A stretch of 64,000 nucleotides of DNA from the human T2T-CHM13v2.0 reference genome, Homo sapiens, in the NCBI RefSeq assembly GCF_009914755.1, contig NC_060933.1; one strand, given 5' to 3'. Below, piece by piece: positions 1 to 14,179 of the stretch. The notes beneath the pieces are model-generated. The model did no database searches and was not told the DNA's origin. It worked only from the letters and a program-made list of their open reading frames with translations. Positions within the stretch are counted from its first letter, which is position 1; each line of letters starts with the position of its first letter. The translations under genes were made by a program, and so were the position numbers.

Positions 1-57
1 TTTGGCTGCAAAAGTACTTAAAGATTGATAATGCTAAGGTAACTACTGTATTCTAAT

Positions 58-105
58 GGTGGTGGTGGTGGTGGTGGTGGTGGTGGTGGTGGTGGTGGTG
101 GTGGT
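58..105. repeat. (GGT)16 trinucleotide microsatellite
   Basis: Perfect run of GGT units. Confidence 0.95.
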
Positions 106-517
106 GATGGAGTGGGAGGTGAGGGGGGCTGTAGGGATCTAACCAGGAAAGGGAAGGGGCAGGGAATAGGAGAGGTCTGGGCCTCTGGATCAGCAGTCAA
201 CTCCTCACCCCAGACTCCTCCCACTCATGTCCTTCCTATTTCTCCTGCCAAATCAACTGTCCTAAAATAACTCATTGCTCATAAACATGCAAGTGGCTTC
301 CCCCACACAACATGCTCAGAAACCAACACCTTGGCCTGGAATTCAGAGACCATTACAGTTTGACCCCTACTAATCTCTCTCTCCACCCACTTTTTCCCTT
401 TTCCTTTTTTTCATCATGAGGAAATCATGCCAAATTTGAGTTTATATATCAAAGCCAATTTGCTTGTCTTTGATTCACTTTTATGTAGCAGAAAAATAAA
501 CATATACTACTTGTAGG

Positions 518-881
518 TGTTTGTTTTAGTCCTTTTTGGTGGCTGTAACAAAATACCACAGACTGGGTGGCTTACAAAAAACAGAAATTTATTTCTCACA
601 GGTCTGGAGGCTGGGAAGTTCAAGATCAAGGTGCTGGCAGATTCAGCGTCTTGTGAAGGGCTGCCTCCTGGTTCACAGATGGAACCTTCTCACTTCATGC
701 ATCCCCACCTGATGGAAGGACTGAGGGATTTCTCTAAGGACTCTTCCATTCATGCCATTCATGAGGGCTCTGCCTCTGACCTAATCACTTCCCAAAGGCC
801 CCACTTCCTATTATTATCATCTTGGGGGTTAAGATTTCAACAGATGGATTTTGTGGAGACCCAAACATTTGAACCAAAACA
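518..881 (-). mobile_element. MLT1A-like MaLR solo LTR
   Basis: aacaaaataccacagactgggtggctta ... aaatttatttctcacag ... aagatcaaggtgctggcagattc. Confidence 0.8.
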
Positions 882-888
882 GTGTTGT

Positions 889-1203
<315 letters not shown>

Positions 1204-1368
1204 CAGTTTGTATTTGATCACAGGAAGCCAGGCTGAGCTTTCATATATGATGTCACTTCACCTGAGCTAAAAGGTATAAACAAAATAAAAACTTATAAAT
1301 GCACTGGTTACTTTTCTATAGTAGGCATTATCCAATTGTATTTAGAAAAATTATTCCAGCTATTTTTT

Positions 1369-1695
<327 letters not shown>

Positions 1696-2194
1696 TTAAA
1701 AAATTTGTAATATTATAAACTCTCTCACTGCTATGTATTTTTCTTAAAGATACTTTTCATGGCTGTAGAACATTTCATCTCCTGTATGTTCTAAAGTCCT
1801 CCTAATGCTTCCCCAATATTTGGGCACTGAAAGTTGCACTTTCCACTCATTTCATCGCCTACCTCCATTTCTTGGGATTGTTTTTCCATTGTTGCCCATC
1901 TTTGCTCAGGCTGTTTCTTTGGCTTGGAAAGGATCCAATCTTCCCTTTCTATCTCCTTGTCTTAAGTCCTTCCCTTCTAGCATAAGTCCTATCACCTTTC
2001 TCCCTCAAACTCTTTGTTATGGAAAAGTACAGATTGACCTTCATAATGAAGGATGGATTTCAAGAGGCTTATTTTCCCCGGAAGTGCTGACACAGTACCA
2101 TCTTCACCAGCAGCAATGGCATTGCAGTACCAAAGGGCTCACAGACACTACTATTTCCTGGTGCTGTGCTTAGAACAACAGTTTGTTTTAGAAA

Positions 2195-2440
2195 ATGATG
2201 ATAGCTCACATATATTATGTATTTTCTATATGTCTGCCATTATTCTAAGCATCTTATATACATTAAGTCATTTATCTTCATAACAAACCTATCAAGTGGA
2301 TATTGTTAACACTCTTATTTTAGAAATGAGAAAATTGAGGTACAGAAAGGATAAGAAATTGCCCAAAGACACAACTGGCAAGACTTAGGATTTGAATTCA
2401 GACAGTCTGGCACCAGAGTCTGGGTGCTTAGCCAATGAAA
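2195..2440 (-). mobile_element. MIR
   Basis: MIR core: attttagaaatgagaaaattgagg ... ggatttgaattcagacagtctg. Confidence 0.7.
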
Positions 2441-3043
2441 TAGAAGTGCAGTGAATTTGCGATGGCTCTTTATCTCCCTAGTCTCAACACAGCCCTTAAC
2501 ATTTTCAGAGTATATGCAGAGGGATAGGGGCTGCTGAGCAGTGTTCTTCCTAGGAACATTGAGTCTATTCCTCTGTGTTAGAGAAACCTGGCTGGGGGCC
2601 ACCATGCTTTCACAATGAGGAGATTGGTAGGCAGATAAATTTGCTTTGTCCTTGATCATTCTCTGAATATGACGAGTTCAGAGGCACAACCAGAGCCATG
2701 GGAGGGTAGATGGAAAGCACTTGTGCCTTCTAGGCCTTAATCATCTCAGTGTCCCTAGTGCCAGCATAAAGTAGGCCATTACACATGGAGAAGGTGTTGT
2801 GACACAATCACATCATAATGGCTAGGGTTAAATTAACTATCCCTCCCAGGCCTTCTCCCAGGAAGAAGTGGGGCTTCTTGCAATGGACCACATGGGAGTG
2901 ACGGTGGGGAGAGGAGATTCAGAGAGCCTTCCAAACGTGAGTATAATTACAAAACTGAGTCAGAAAGGGAATGAATGGTTTTGCCCTCCAGTTTAGAGAA
3001 TGATGTAACCTCACAGTTCAGGAAGATGTTAAAAGTTATCTCT

Positions 3044-3720
<677 letters not shown>

Positions 3721-3809
3721 TTTGTGTCCACTGACTGCTTACCACTTGGCTTAGAGCTCTTCAAGTAGAGAGCGCCAGCCCACATCAGGGCAGAACCATT
3801 CTTTCCGTC

Positions 3810-4171
3810 TGTATTAGTCTGTTCTCATGCCGTTGATAAAGACATACTCGAGACTGGGTAATTTATAACGAAAAAGAGGTTTAATGGACTCACAGTTCCA
3901 TGTGGCTGCAGAGGCCTCACAATCATGGCCGAAGGCGAAAGGCACATCCTACATTGGCAGCAGATGAAAGACAGCTTTCATCTGCAGGGAAACTCATTTT
4001 CATAAAACCATCAGCTCTCGTGAGGCTTATTCACTATCATGAGAACAACACAGAAAAGAACTGCCCCCATGATTCAATTACCTCCCACCAGATTCCTCCC
4101 ACAACACATGGGAATTGTGGGAGCTGCAGTTCAAGATGAGATTTGGGTGGGGATGCAGCCAAACCATATCA
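3810..4171 (-). mobile_element. THE1-family MaLR solo LTR
   Basis: tgtattagtctgttctcatgc ... gccaaaccatatca; 5-bp TSD ccgtc/ccctc. Confidence 0.88.
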
Positions 4172-4213
4172 CCCTCCTGGGCAGACTCTGTCTATAATGA
4201 GTGCCCAGGATCA

Positions 4214-4438
<225 letters not shown>

Positions 4439-5459
4439 CTATGGTTGGGAAGAGATAGCTAATATTTTTTGAATGCTCACTACATGCCAGACACTGTGCT
4501 CAAAATTTAATATGAATTATATGATTTACCACTCAACAACCCTTATAGGTGCTACTTTTATGATCTCTATTTCACAGCTAAAGAAACTGAGGCTTAGAGA
4601 GCCTTGGAGTCTTCCCAGGCTGGGTGGCAAATGCTAAGACTCAGGCCAGATATAGTAGCAGGGAGCAACGGGCAAAGATTTTGGGCTTCAACAAAGGGCA
4701 GCATTTGACTAGTGATTATACTCCAGAAAAAACAGGTATAACAGGGAAAGGGGGAGTTGTGGTGAGAATAGGTCTTTTAAGGCCCCAAAGATCCAGAAGG
4801 AAAAAGAGCTGTGCAAGGGTAAAACAGAAGGACATTATGAGTAAGAGAGTAATTATTAGTAACAGCTACTACTTGTTAAATAATACTAGCCAGCATTTGA
4901 CCTACATAATCCCCTTTAATCCTCACAGCAACCCTAAAAGGGAATTACTACTATTCTGATCGGTATGTTACAGACGAGGAAATTGAGGTTTAGCAAGGTA
5001 AGTGACTCACTGAAGGCTACGTTGCTGGTAAGCAGCAGCATCTGGATTTAAATTCACACTGCTGACTCCATGCTGATGGCCCTATACTGACTCCCAAAGG
5101 GATAGACTGCTGGCAACACTGAAAGGAAGGAAATTTCTCTCCTAAGAGATGGGGGAATTTCAGAATATACGAGGTAGCCCAGGGCTGCAGGCAATACCTG
5201 GCACCACTCAGAGAGGATACAGAACCTGGTTCTGGGAGAGACAGTTTTGCCAGACTCTCTACATCAGCCTTTCTATGAGGCTATCCTAACTTGAGGTTTC
5301 CTCAGAAAGAGGTTCCTGGAGGCCCAGAGACCTCAAGAGGATAAATGTCTATGACTAGATAGGCTTTTTAAGAACCAGAAACCTAGGTTTTGAACTGATA
5401 TTTTTATGCCTCTGTAGTCCTCTCCCCGACCCCTTTTTTTGTAAACAATTTGCTTTCTC

Positions 5460-5650
5460 GCAGTTCAATGGCTCTCAAGCTTAGAGTTCATCAGAATCAC
5501 CTAGAGGAAATGCTAAAACACAGATTTTTGGATTCTACTCCAAGAGTTCCTGATTCAGTAGGTCCAGGGATAAGGCTGGACAATTTGTACTTCATAGAAG
5601 TTATGAGGTGATGTGGATTCAGCTGGTCCAGGGATCACATTTAAGAAAAA
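5460..5650. mobile_element. MER5A-like hAT-Charlie element
   Basis: catcagaatcacc ... ctgattcagtaggtc ... gggatcacattt. Confidence 0.7.
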
Positions 5651-7014
5651 TGCTTTATTTTATTTGTAAAACTACTTTTGAAAATTTCTAAATGGATTTG
5701 GCTGTGAAAAAATAAGTACAGAAAAGGCAAAGGACTTGCCTATAGGCCAGAGGTACTGGGAGGGATTGGGTGGGAGACTTAGAGCCCAGCTCGGTACGTG
5801 GCTGTGATGGGAGAACTTGTACAAACTGGGGAAGACAGAAGTCACAGTCAGAAGGAACTAGCTGTTTCCCAGATGGGAACGAGGGGAAGCAAAAGGCCCA
5901 GGATGAGCTGGGCAGGAGAGCCAGACTGGCCAGAGACAGAGATCGGGTGAGGGTAGAAGCCAAATGGGGTAGAGATGTTGTCAAAAGCTGCAGTCTGCTG
6001 GCTGGGCTACAGGGAAAGAACTTGGGAAGCTGGAGGCAAGGAGCCAGGAGTGAGCTCCTGGGGTGTGGACTGTGACAGAGTCTGGTGATCACATTTCAGC
6101 TGCAACTCACTGTCCCCAAAAGCCTCTTTCTTCTTTCTCTGGTGGTGCCTGTCAGTCATAAAGTGCCTAGGAATTGCCCTCAGACAGTAATGAGGTTAAG
6201 TCCTTGCAGCAAGAGAAGTGGGGACATCGCCAAGCCCTGTCTCCTCTGCTTAGTCGTGGGTCCCATAGTGGTAAGCAGGGGCAGAGCCAGGAAGCACGCA
6301 GTCTGGTGATTAGACTTTAGATGTTCTCCAATCGCCAGGCTATTTCTCCCTCATGGGAAACTGACTCAACTGCAGTACACAGTGTGAAGGAACGACCTTT
6401 GTGGCTGCAGCAGTGGGCTAATGGCTTGGCACCTGGCTGCACTTGTTATTCCTCACGGAGTTGGGAAAGGTTGAATAAGAGGCTCTCTTCCCTTGGTACT
6501 AAGAGATGGGCATCTCTTTGAAGGACTGCATGCCACTACTCCTTTCAGCTGGCACACATAGGCCCACCCTGGACCCTGGCTCTCTAAGCACTACCCACCC
6601 AGCCTTAGCCAGGCTCTTCTTTTCCCTTTTGTAACTTTCATTTCATTTCTTGTACATCTCTGTCCAGTTAAAAAAGGATGTATTAAGTGCATACTATGTG
6701 GCAGACTCTGAGCTGGGGATACAGATATGGGGTAAAAGAAATTCAGCCCTCAAAAAAAAAAAAATCACAGTACAGTCAGGGGGATCCATGTGGAGATGTA
6801 ATGACAACATTGTAGAATAAATGCTGTTTCTCAAACACAGAGCTCCTTCCCTCCACAAGGCCTTTGTATTTGTTGTTCCTACTTTCTAGAATGTTCTTCC
6901 CTAGATCCTTGTACAATTCCTCTTCTCACTTTATACTCAGGTCATTTCCAAGAGAGATCTTCCCTGACATTTCTATGGAAAATTAAACCCTCCCAATTCT
7001 CTGAATCCATTTGC

Positions 7015-7314
7015 CTTATTTATTTAGGAGCTGGGGTCTCACCCTGTTGCCCAGGCTGGAGTGCAGTGGTGTGATCTAGGCTCACTGCAACCTCTGCCTC
7101 CAGGACTCAAGTGATCCTCCCGCTTCAGCCTCCTGATTGGCTCTGGCTACAGGCTTGCAGCACCACGTCTGGCTAATTTTTTTTTTTTTAATTTCTGTAG
7201 AGATGGGGTTTTGCCATGTTGCCCAGGCTGGTCTCGAACTCCTGGACTCAAGTGATCCACTCATTGGGCCTCCCAAAGTGTTGGGATTACAGGTGTGAGC
7301 CACCATGCCTGGCC
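7015..7314 (-). mobile_element. Alu (AluJ-type) inside an L2-like remnant
   Basis: Reverse dimer. Confidence 0.9.
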
Positions 7315-7682
7315 TAAGTTTTAATTTTAGCACCTATAACCGTCTAGCACGTTAACTTTTTTTTTTTTTTTTTTGGTTGGTCTTCTATACTAGATTGTAA
7401 GCTCTGTGAGAGAAACAGGGCCTTGCCCACTACTGAATTTTGTTTGTAGAACTGGTACAGAATAGGTACTCAATATGTATTTCCCTTTTATTCATTCATC
7501 ATAAATGACTGTCTAATTGAACTTTTGTGAGCCTCTCCAGAGTCATCCAAATGGAAGATGAGGCCTGTCTGCTTGAGGAAGAACTTTCTCAAGCCTACTA
7601 AATTCCAAGCTTTCTAAAATCTTCATTGATGCCTCAGGCCACACCGAGCAGGTTCTAACTCCCCACTAAGAATGACTATAAT

Positions 7683-8001
<319 letters not shown>

Positions 8002-8379
8002 CTATAATTTATTCACTACTAATTATGTACCATACGTTATTTAATCCTCACAATCCTCTGCAAAGTCCGCATTATTTCTCTCATTTTACAGATGAAACAA
8101 GCTCAGGCAGACTGACTTGCTCAAAATCATACAGGTAGCGAGGTGCCGGGGAGGATGGGTGGGTCCCCGGGAAAAACTGTGCCAGGCCCCAAAGCTCATA
8201 TTAATCCCACACCCACGTTTCCGCCACTCTCATCCCTATATCCCTCCTCCCACGTTTCCACCACATCCCCTAAAGGTCTTTTCCCACGTTTTCGCTACAT
8301 CCCCACCCCAGCCCTTTTCCTCCCCTTGGACCGCTGGGTCCGCTCAAGCCTGGCTGCCCCTCGAAGGATAGTGTGGGGA

Positions 8380-9230
8380 GGGGCTTCAGATGCGTGCTGG
8401 GTGGAGGGTGGGCTAATCCGTCTCCAGCACCAGATACTCTTTCCTTCCCGGGCCCTCCGCACCGGCCGGCTGCTGGATGCCCAGTGGCCTATTTCAGGGC
8501 CGGAGAGACCGCTATCGCTGGAGGAAAAAGGATGGGGGAAGGGAGTGCAGCCTGCAGAGGCACTAGCGGTAGACCGACGGGCGGCGCTCCCCACCCTCCA
8601 CGGCTACTTCCCGGGAGCAGTCAGCCGCTGCGCGCAGGCGCGGTGCGCTCCTCAGCCCCTCCCTTCTGCGGGCCGCCCTTTCACCCTGGCAACCGCGGCG
8701 TGACTACGGCGCGCGCGGTCTGGGCGCGGACGGGTGGGGCCGGGCGGTGCCGGTGCGGGCTGGGGCAGTGCAGTGAGTAGCGGTCTTGGGGTGTGCGATC
8801 TCGCTGAGCCTCCTCACACGGTTCGTCGTCTCGGGTTCGAGCCCAGTGGGCTTAGCCACTCGCCATGGACTCCCAGAAAGTAAGCGGGGGAGGGGAGCCC
8901 GGGGCTACCGAGACAAGCCGGGCCGGCACAGGGTGGGCGGGGCGCCTGGGCCCGTGGGCTGTGGGTGCGCGGGGTGGGCCTGGCCGGGCGTCCGGGCTGC
9001 TGCTGCGGAGGGCAAGGCCGCCCGGCCGCTCTCTGGGCGGGAGCTAAGAGGCGCCCACACGGATGCGGGGACCGCGCCCGGTGACTCGGGCTGGCCTCTG
9101 CTCTGCGCGCTGTCCGGGGCCCTGACTCTGGAGGAGAAACGGAGCCATCCCCCTTTTAAAATCAGCCACTCTGCAGCGCTTTAGGCCGGTTTTCATGCCT
9201 GCAGACTGCGAGCGTGCTGGTGGGGGTGTA
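8380..9230. promoter_or_regulatory. FSD1L: CpG-island promoter of FSD1L
   Basis: Abrupt GC- and CpG-rich block with GC-box-like motifs surrounding the first coding exon; flanks are CpG-depleted. Confidence 0.9.
8865..8879 (+). CDS. FSD1L: FSD1L coding exon 1 (MDSQK)
   Basis: Kozak gccATGG at 8865, then donor AAA|gtaagc at 8880 (phase 0); joins in frame to downstream exons. Confidence 0.93.
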
Positions 9231-11047
9231 TCCCTCCTCAGCAGGTGAGGAAACCGAGGCACAGCCTTGTTTGGTGTCTCCCTGCTGACGCCGAAAGCTG
9301 GGGCTTTCTCCTTGACCAAGTCTCGTCTCAGCACCACGCTCTTTAGGTCAGGGACCGAATCTCCTTTGTACCGCCCACCGCTCCCCTTCCCATGACTTTT
9401 CCTAAGTAGATCTTAGTGTTTAGTGTTCGTTGAATGGAGGGAAAAGACTTCAATTGTTAGGGCAGCCTTCCCACTCTCTGACCAGTTGGTGTTGCTGGGC
9501 ACAGTTACTTAGGGGTCGTTGTGGAATGTTTTATACTTTCCGAACAGTTGAGGAAAGGTTATATAATCGTAAAGGTTCAATTCAGAAGTATTTGGAGAAC
9601 AAAGCCAATGTCTTGAATACAGTTAGAAGTGAATTATTCAGTCATAATCTCCATATGAAAATAACCACCCTGTTCTCTTTGTTAGACTATAACGTAATTG
9701 AAATATAGTACAGGGTAGGAAAGAAAAAACAAGGAGTATTAATAATGTAGCAGGGAAAACAAAGACATATCTAAGAGACTATTCTTTTCTATTATTAGAA
9801 AGCACGGGAAAGACTTAGAACAACGTTTTCTACAATTTTGTCTACATTCACCTTCTTGAGGATCACTTCACTGAGGGCATGAGAGAATAATGATGTGTTG
9901 AGCATTGACTATTACAGTATTTAACAAATATGCATATGATTTCATTGTATGTGTTGGTCTTGAAACTCACCTTGGAATGCATGACTATTCTTAAGGCATT
10001 TTTTAAAAATTAGATTTTGTGTATTTTGAGTATGTATAGGTTTAAAATATTGTCTCTGCCTAAATTTGTAAAACATCTCTCAGCTTATTAGATAAAAGAA
10101 ATGATATTTGAATGGACATTAGCAGAGGTCAAGTGAAGGAGCAAAGTCCGGAGACATGGGTTCCAGGATGCTATTTACTAGCTCTGTGATAAGGAGCAAG
10201 TCACTTAACTGTGATTAATCTGTTTCCTCATCTATGCAGTAGAAGTAAGAGTATTTTATAGTGTCATAGTAAAAATCTGATAAAATAGTTTGTTCTGAAA
10301 ACACAGCATTTTAAAGTTTACAAAGTATGACCACTAAAATACTGTGTCCCATAAAATACAAAAAAATGTGTTTTAATATTGATCATCATACTTTATCAGG
10401 GATGCATTATTCCTTACTTTAATGAGGAATCAGGACATGGAGTTGTGACTCCTGGAAGGTCATGCTACTAGCCCTAAGGCTAAGATTTGAACCTATTTGT
10501 TCTCATTTCGAATGATGTGTTAGGGTACCTACAGGTTACCACGTGCAGTTTCCTGAGAGGTAGCAAAGAATTAGCTTCTCTTTCTTAGTAGTAGTAGTAA
10601 TGTATCTTATTTGTGATATCTTTGAGAATCAACTTCTCAATATTAGAAAATATGTTGAATTTCATTGGTGGTACCAAATCTTTCTAATGAAAAAACAAAC
10701 ACCCTTTGGTTTATAGCTGTAAAAAGAATGTCCGGGATTAATGTGTATAACCAGTTCAGTGCTCTGAACCTGAGCTTCCTTTTCTCGTATGAATTCCTGC
10801 AGAATCACAAGCCTCAAATAGTAATGATCTAAGCTGGATATTGTTCTCTTTAAATAAGACAGTAGTACACCCCAGACATGATTTTTAGATACTATTTTCT
10901 GTTATGGAATGTACATTGAAAATAGTAGTAGGGGTAGTACCTCAGTCAGTAGAGTATAAGAAAAATAGGTACTGCAAAGTGTGAGGAAGGCCTGAATATA
11001 TACCTGAATGTTTGTTAGGCATTGGGATTTGGGCTTTACATTAGTAA

Positions 11048-11497
<450 letters not shown>

Positions 11498-11621
11498 TTG
11501 CATTCATTTTTAAAACCCACTAAACAGTGCCTAGCATACAAAAATACTGTTAGCTACTGTTATTAATTTAATAATCCTAACTTCAAAGTAACTTTCTCCT
11601 TTTAAAATTAAGTGTAGACAT

Positions 11622-11920
<299 letters not shown>

Positions 11921-13256
11921 GACATTTTTACTTTTAAAGCATCTTTTCTGCTATTATATCTGTAAGAAACGATTCACATGGTGGTTCCAGAGAAGAGTTG
12001 TTACATTCTAATAGAAAGAGGTTTGGAAGTTCTGAGTCATGCAGTCTGACAGTAGAGGTTAACTTAACTAGGCAGTCTTACAGAAGCTTCATGGTGGCTA
12101 GTCAACAAATGGATTAGCTTGACCAGCTGCTTTTTTGTTTGTGAAAATAACTTGGACTTCAGTGTTAATGTTAGCAGCAGATGCTCTGTTTGAGTAGAGG
12201 AAGAAAACGTAATAACCCCGGGTATGTAGGCATACTGTTGGATACAGAAAACCACAGTATTAACTCCTGGAAATAAACAGAGGGATTTTGTTTATATCGA
12301 GTTTCTGGGACGCTTTCGTGAACAGGATGTGTTATGGATAGGTGGCTTTTGTTTGATACTCAAACCTTTTGATTATGCCTTTAAACGGCTTTAAGATAAA
12401 ATCCCAAAGGTTTCTTTACCGGATGAAATGTGCACGTTCAAAGAAAACGTTGAAACAAATAAGACATTTGTACCTTTTTAGAATCTTGGAGCTTGGAATT
12501 TTATAGTTTAACTTTTTGTACAGATTATTCACATACATAGGGATCACTCTTTCTAAGAAAGGTACTTACTGTAGGAATAAGAAAGGGTGGAGAGGAAGGG
12601 AGATGAGAGCTCAGAGGAAGGAAGTCACCAAGAGCATATATTGTCACTTGTTTGCTTTTCCCCATTATTTTTCCTGCATATTCTTCCTACTTGGAAAGGG
12701 GTAGTGAGTGACAGGTGAGGCTTGACTGGACAAAACTAGATTGGGGAGATTGAACTGAGCAGGAGTTTTAAACATGACAACCTGCAACAAGTAGCAGATC
12801 TACACTTGGCTTCCTTATCCCAGTTTCCTGCTCCAAGCTATGTGCTATTCTTTGCCTTCATATTGTACCTTACTAGTTCTGAGAACCCCACCACATCCAT
12901 AACCAACCAACTGTTCCATGTTCCAAAATTACGCCTCAGTTAAAAAAAATTGTTTCCTGAGGAAAGAGGAATGAAATTTGATTACTGTTCTGCATCCAGT
13001 ATTGTGTCGGACTGTCACAACAGTTCTTATTCCTGTTGCACTGTTAGGGAAAATGAAGCCCAGAGAGGTTAAGTGTCTTGTTCACAGTCACACAGCTAGC
13101 AAATAGTAGTCTGGATTCAAGTCAAGTTTTTCTTTACAACCCATAGTTTTTTCATTACCACGCTTCTTGCCTGAATTCTTTGCATTTCAATGGTGGTATG
13201 ATTAAAGTAATTGAAACTTAAAATGTAACAGGGATAAGCCCCTATAAAGCAGGGTT

Positions 13257-13290
13257 CCCTCCCTCCCTCCCTCCTGTGGGCGCTCGCTCG

Positions 13291-13321
<31 letters not shown>

Positions 13322-13425
13322 TCCTTCCTTCCTTCCTTCCTTCCTTCCTTCCTTCCTTCCTTCCTTCCTTCCTTCTTTCCTTCTTTCCTCCTCTCCTCTC
13401 CTCTCTTTTTCTTTTCTTTTTTCTT
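13257..13425. repeat. Compound microsatellite (CCCT)n-(GCCT)n-(TCCT)n at an Alu tail
   Basis: Read directly from the sequence. Confidence 0.9.
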
Positions 13426-13693
13426 TCTCAGAGTCTTGCTGTCTTGCTCAGGCTGATGGCTCACCATGGCAACCTCTGCTTTCTGTGCTCAAGCTATCCT
13501 CCCAGCTCAGCCTCCTGAGCAGCTGGGACTACAGGTGCATGCCACCATATACTTGGCTAATTTTTGTGTTTTTTGTAGAGACAGGGTTTTGCCATGTTGT
13601 CCAGGCTAGCCTTGAACTCTTGGGCTCAAACGATTGACCCGCCTTGGCCTCCTAAAGTGCTGGGATTATAGGTATGAGCCATCACGTCTGACC
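13405..13693 (-). mobile_element. Alu (AluJ-type)
   Basis: Diverged reverse dimer. Confidence 0.88.
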
Positions 13694-13784
13694 TAAAGTT
13701 GTTTTTTTTTTTTTTTTTTTTTTGTTAAGCTAGTTAAGTGTAGTGAAAATAGTTGATAGATGATAAAGAACATGATTTAGGTAA

Positions 13785-14130
<346 letters not shown>

Positions 14131-14149
14131 TAAAATTACTATTTTTATT

Positions 14150-14179
14150 TTGTGTGTGTGTGTGTGTGCGTGTGTGTGC
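14150..14179. repeat. (TG)n microsatellite
   Basis: Read directly from the sequence. Confidence 0.85.

Noticed and set aside
18-224. Poly-proline ORF on the minus strand
   Set aside because: Produced by the (GGT)n microsatellite; no gene context
8117-9337. Several overlapping 60-186 aa ORFs
   Set aside because: Stop-poor frames expected in a CpG island; only 8865-8879 has Kozak and splice support
13117-13518. Repetitive ORFs (GRKE)n and (PSFL)n
   Set aside because: Translations of the tetranucleotide microsatellite
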